Shown here piece by piece: positions 50,970 through 52,771 of a DNA stretch of 52,771 nt. The stretch spans positions 1 through 52,771 of the forward strand of contig NIVC01004260.1 in assembly GCA_002269645.1 (NCBI GenBank). The letters run 5' to 3'. The notes below the pieces were generated by a model. It was not told the origin of the DNA and did not search any database. It worked only from the letters and a program-made list of their open reading frames with translations. The DNA comes from Macrostomum lignano (lineage: Eukaryota). The position numbers were made by a program, and so were the translations under genes. The stretch's first letter is position 1, and every line of letters starts with the position of its first letter.

Positions 50970-51800
50970 ATAGGTGAGATTTTGAAGAGACACTTCTGTT
51001 TAATGGGGTGAGATTTTGAAGAGACACTTCTGTCTAAAGGGTGAGACTTTGAACAGACACTTCTGTCTATAGGGGTGAGACTTTGAAAAGACACTTCTGT
51101 CTATAGGGGTGAGACTTTGAACAGACACTTCTGTCTAAAGGGGTGAGACTTTGAAAAGACACTTCTGTCTAAAGGGGTGAAACTTTGAAGACACTTCTGT
51201 CTAAAGGGGTGAGACTTTGAAAAGACACTTCTGTCTATAGGGGTGAGATTTTAAACAGACACTTCTGTCTAAAGGGGTGAGATTTTGAAAAGACACTTCT
51301 GTCTATAGGGGTGAGATTTTAAACAGACACTTCTGTCTAAAGGGTGAGATTTTGAAGAGACACTTCTGTCTATAGGGGTGAGACTTTGAAAAGACACTTC
51401 GGTCTAAAGGGGTGAGACTTTGAAAAGACACTTCGGTCTATAGGGGTGAGATTTTGAACAGACACTTCTGTCTAAAGGGGTGAAACTTTGAAGACACTTC
51501 TGTCTAAAGGGGTGAGACTTTGAAAAGACACTTCGGTCTATAGGGGTGAGATTTTGAAGAGACACTTCTGTCTAAAGGGGTGAGACTTTGAAAAGACACT
51601 TCGGTCTATAGGGGTGAGATTTTGAAGAGACACTTCTGTCTATAGGGGTGAGATTTTGAAGAGACACTTCTGTCTAAAGGGGTGAGATTTGAAGAGACAC
51701 TTCTGTCTATAGGGGTGAGATTTTGAAGAGACACTTCTGTCTAAAGGGGTGAGATTTGAAGAGACACTTCTGTCTATAGGGGTGAGATTTTGAAGAGACA
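50970..51800. repeat. 34-bp minisatellite downstream of Par-6
   Basis: Unit GGGGTGAGA(T/C)TTTGAA(G/A/C)AGACACTTCTGTCTA(A/T)A. Confidence 0.97.
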
Positions 51801-52409
51801 CAGATTTTGGCGTTCAATTTCAAATAGCGTCCTTTACTAATCCAGCACATTCCCACGCAACTGTTGAACAGTTTCTGCCAATTAATATTTATCTCTATCG
51901 AGTTATTATTTTACTTACAACCTAAAAATTTTTTGGTATTCCAGTGACTTTATTTAATCTGTGTAATGTTATGGCTGTAAACTTATTTTCAGTAAATCCA
52001 AGTGTTTGAATTTTTCTAATTCTCTGCACATTTTCACTTACTTGCCTATGAAACAGGGTTGGATTTGTCTGCAGCCTTCTATCTACAGTTTTGTATTAGT
52101 GAAATATTTATAAATATTTTCAATCCATTCCCAGCTTGTGCGGAACATTTCCTGATTGATTTCTTTAACTTGTGTAATTTTCATTTTCATTGCTCCCGTG
52201 TGCTTATAAATTCTGGACTAACTGTTTTTGGTTAATTGTTCTCACTGTATCCTACCTGTGTGTGAGAATAGATATACGAGAATTAATATTTTTTCATACT
52301 ATTTTGTGCTTAATTGTATTTGATTTTATTGAATTGTCTCTTCTCAAACTTCTCAAATCTCTACTATTTATTGCTGCACTGTGGACTGCTTATTGCCTTC
52401 GTATTTACT

Positions 52410-52636
52410 GTCCGTGTCTGTCTTACTGTCTGTCTTAGTGTGTGTCTGTTTGTCTGTCTGTCTCTGTCTGTCTGAATGTCTTAGTGTCTGTCTGTCTGTC
52501 AGTATGTCTTTCTGTTTGTCTGTCTGTCTTTCTGTCTGTATCTGTCTATCTGTCTTAGTGTCTGTCTGTCTGTCAGTATGTCTTTCTGTTTGTCTGTCTG
52601 TCTTTCTGTCTGTATCTGTCTATCTGTCTTAGTGTG

Positions 52637-52685
<49 letters not shown>

Positions 52686-52771
52686 GCCTGCCTGCCTGCC
52701 TGCCTGTCTGTCTGTCTGTCTGTCTGCCTGTCTGCCTGCCTGTCTGCCTGTCTGTCTGTCTGTCTGTCTGT
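52410..52771. repeat. Degenerate (CTGT)n/(CTGC)n microsatellite
   Basis: Runs to the right edge of the window. Confidence 0.97.

Overview
This is eukaryotic (animal) genomic DNA in which short GC-rich exons sit in introns filled with many different minisatellites and (GATA)n/(GACA)n tracts. That architecture suggests a repeat-rich invertebrate such as the flatworm Macrostomum, but the organism call is inference only. Five protein-coding genes can be assembled by hand with consistent splice phases. (1) An NHLH/NSCL-type bHLH factor (minus strand; TATA box, two CCAAT boxes and a 2-kb 5'UTR intron). (2-3) Two tandem TTLL10-like tubulin glycylase paralogues (minus strand). The upstream copy has an intact frame but Asp in place of the metal-binding Glu. 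The downstream copy has a canonical active site but an apparent 1-nt frameshift. (4) G-alpha-o (plus, 7 coding exons, 354 aa). (5) Par-6 (plus, 4 coding exons, 335 aa) with a degenerate semi-CRIB motif. Mobile DNA includes two hAT-type MITEs with TIRs and 8-bp TSDs (one carrying its own minisatellite), the 5' half of a Gypsy-like LTR element (LTR, PBS, dead gag), non-LTR relics (RNase H), and two foldback-like inverted arrays. The most unusual signal is that many intronic minisatellite units are built from functional-looking motifs: splice signals (AG|GT, CTAACAG, GTAAGT), RFX X-boxes and ETS sites. All family calls come from motif recognition; no database search or alignment was run.
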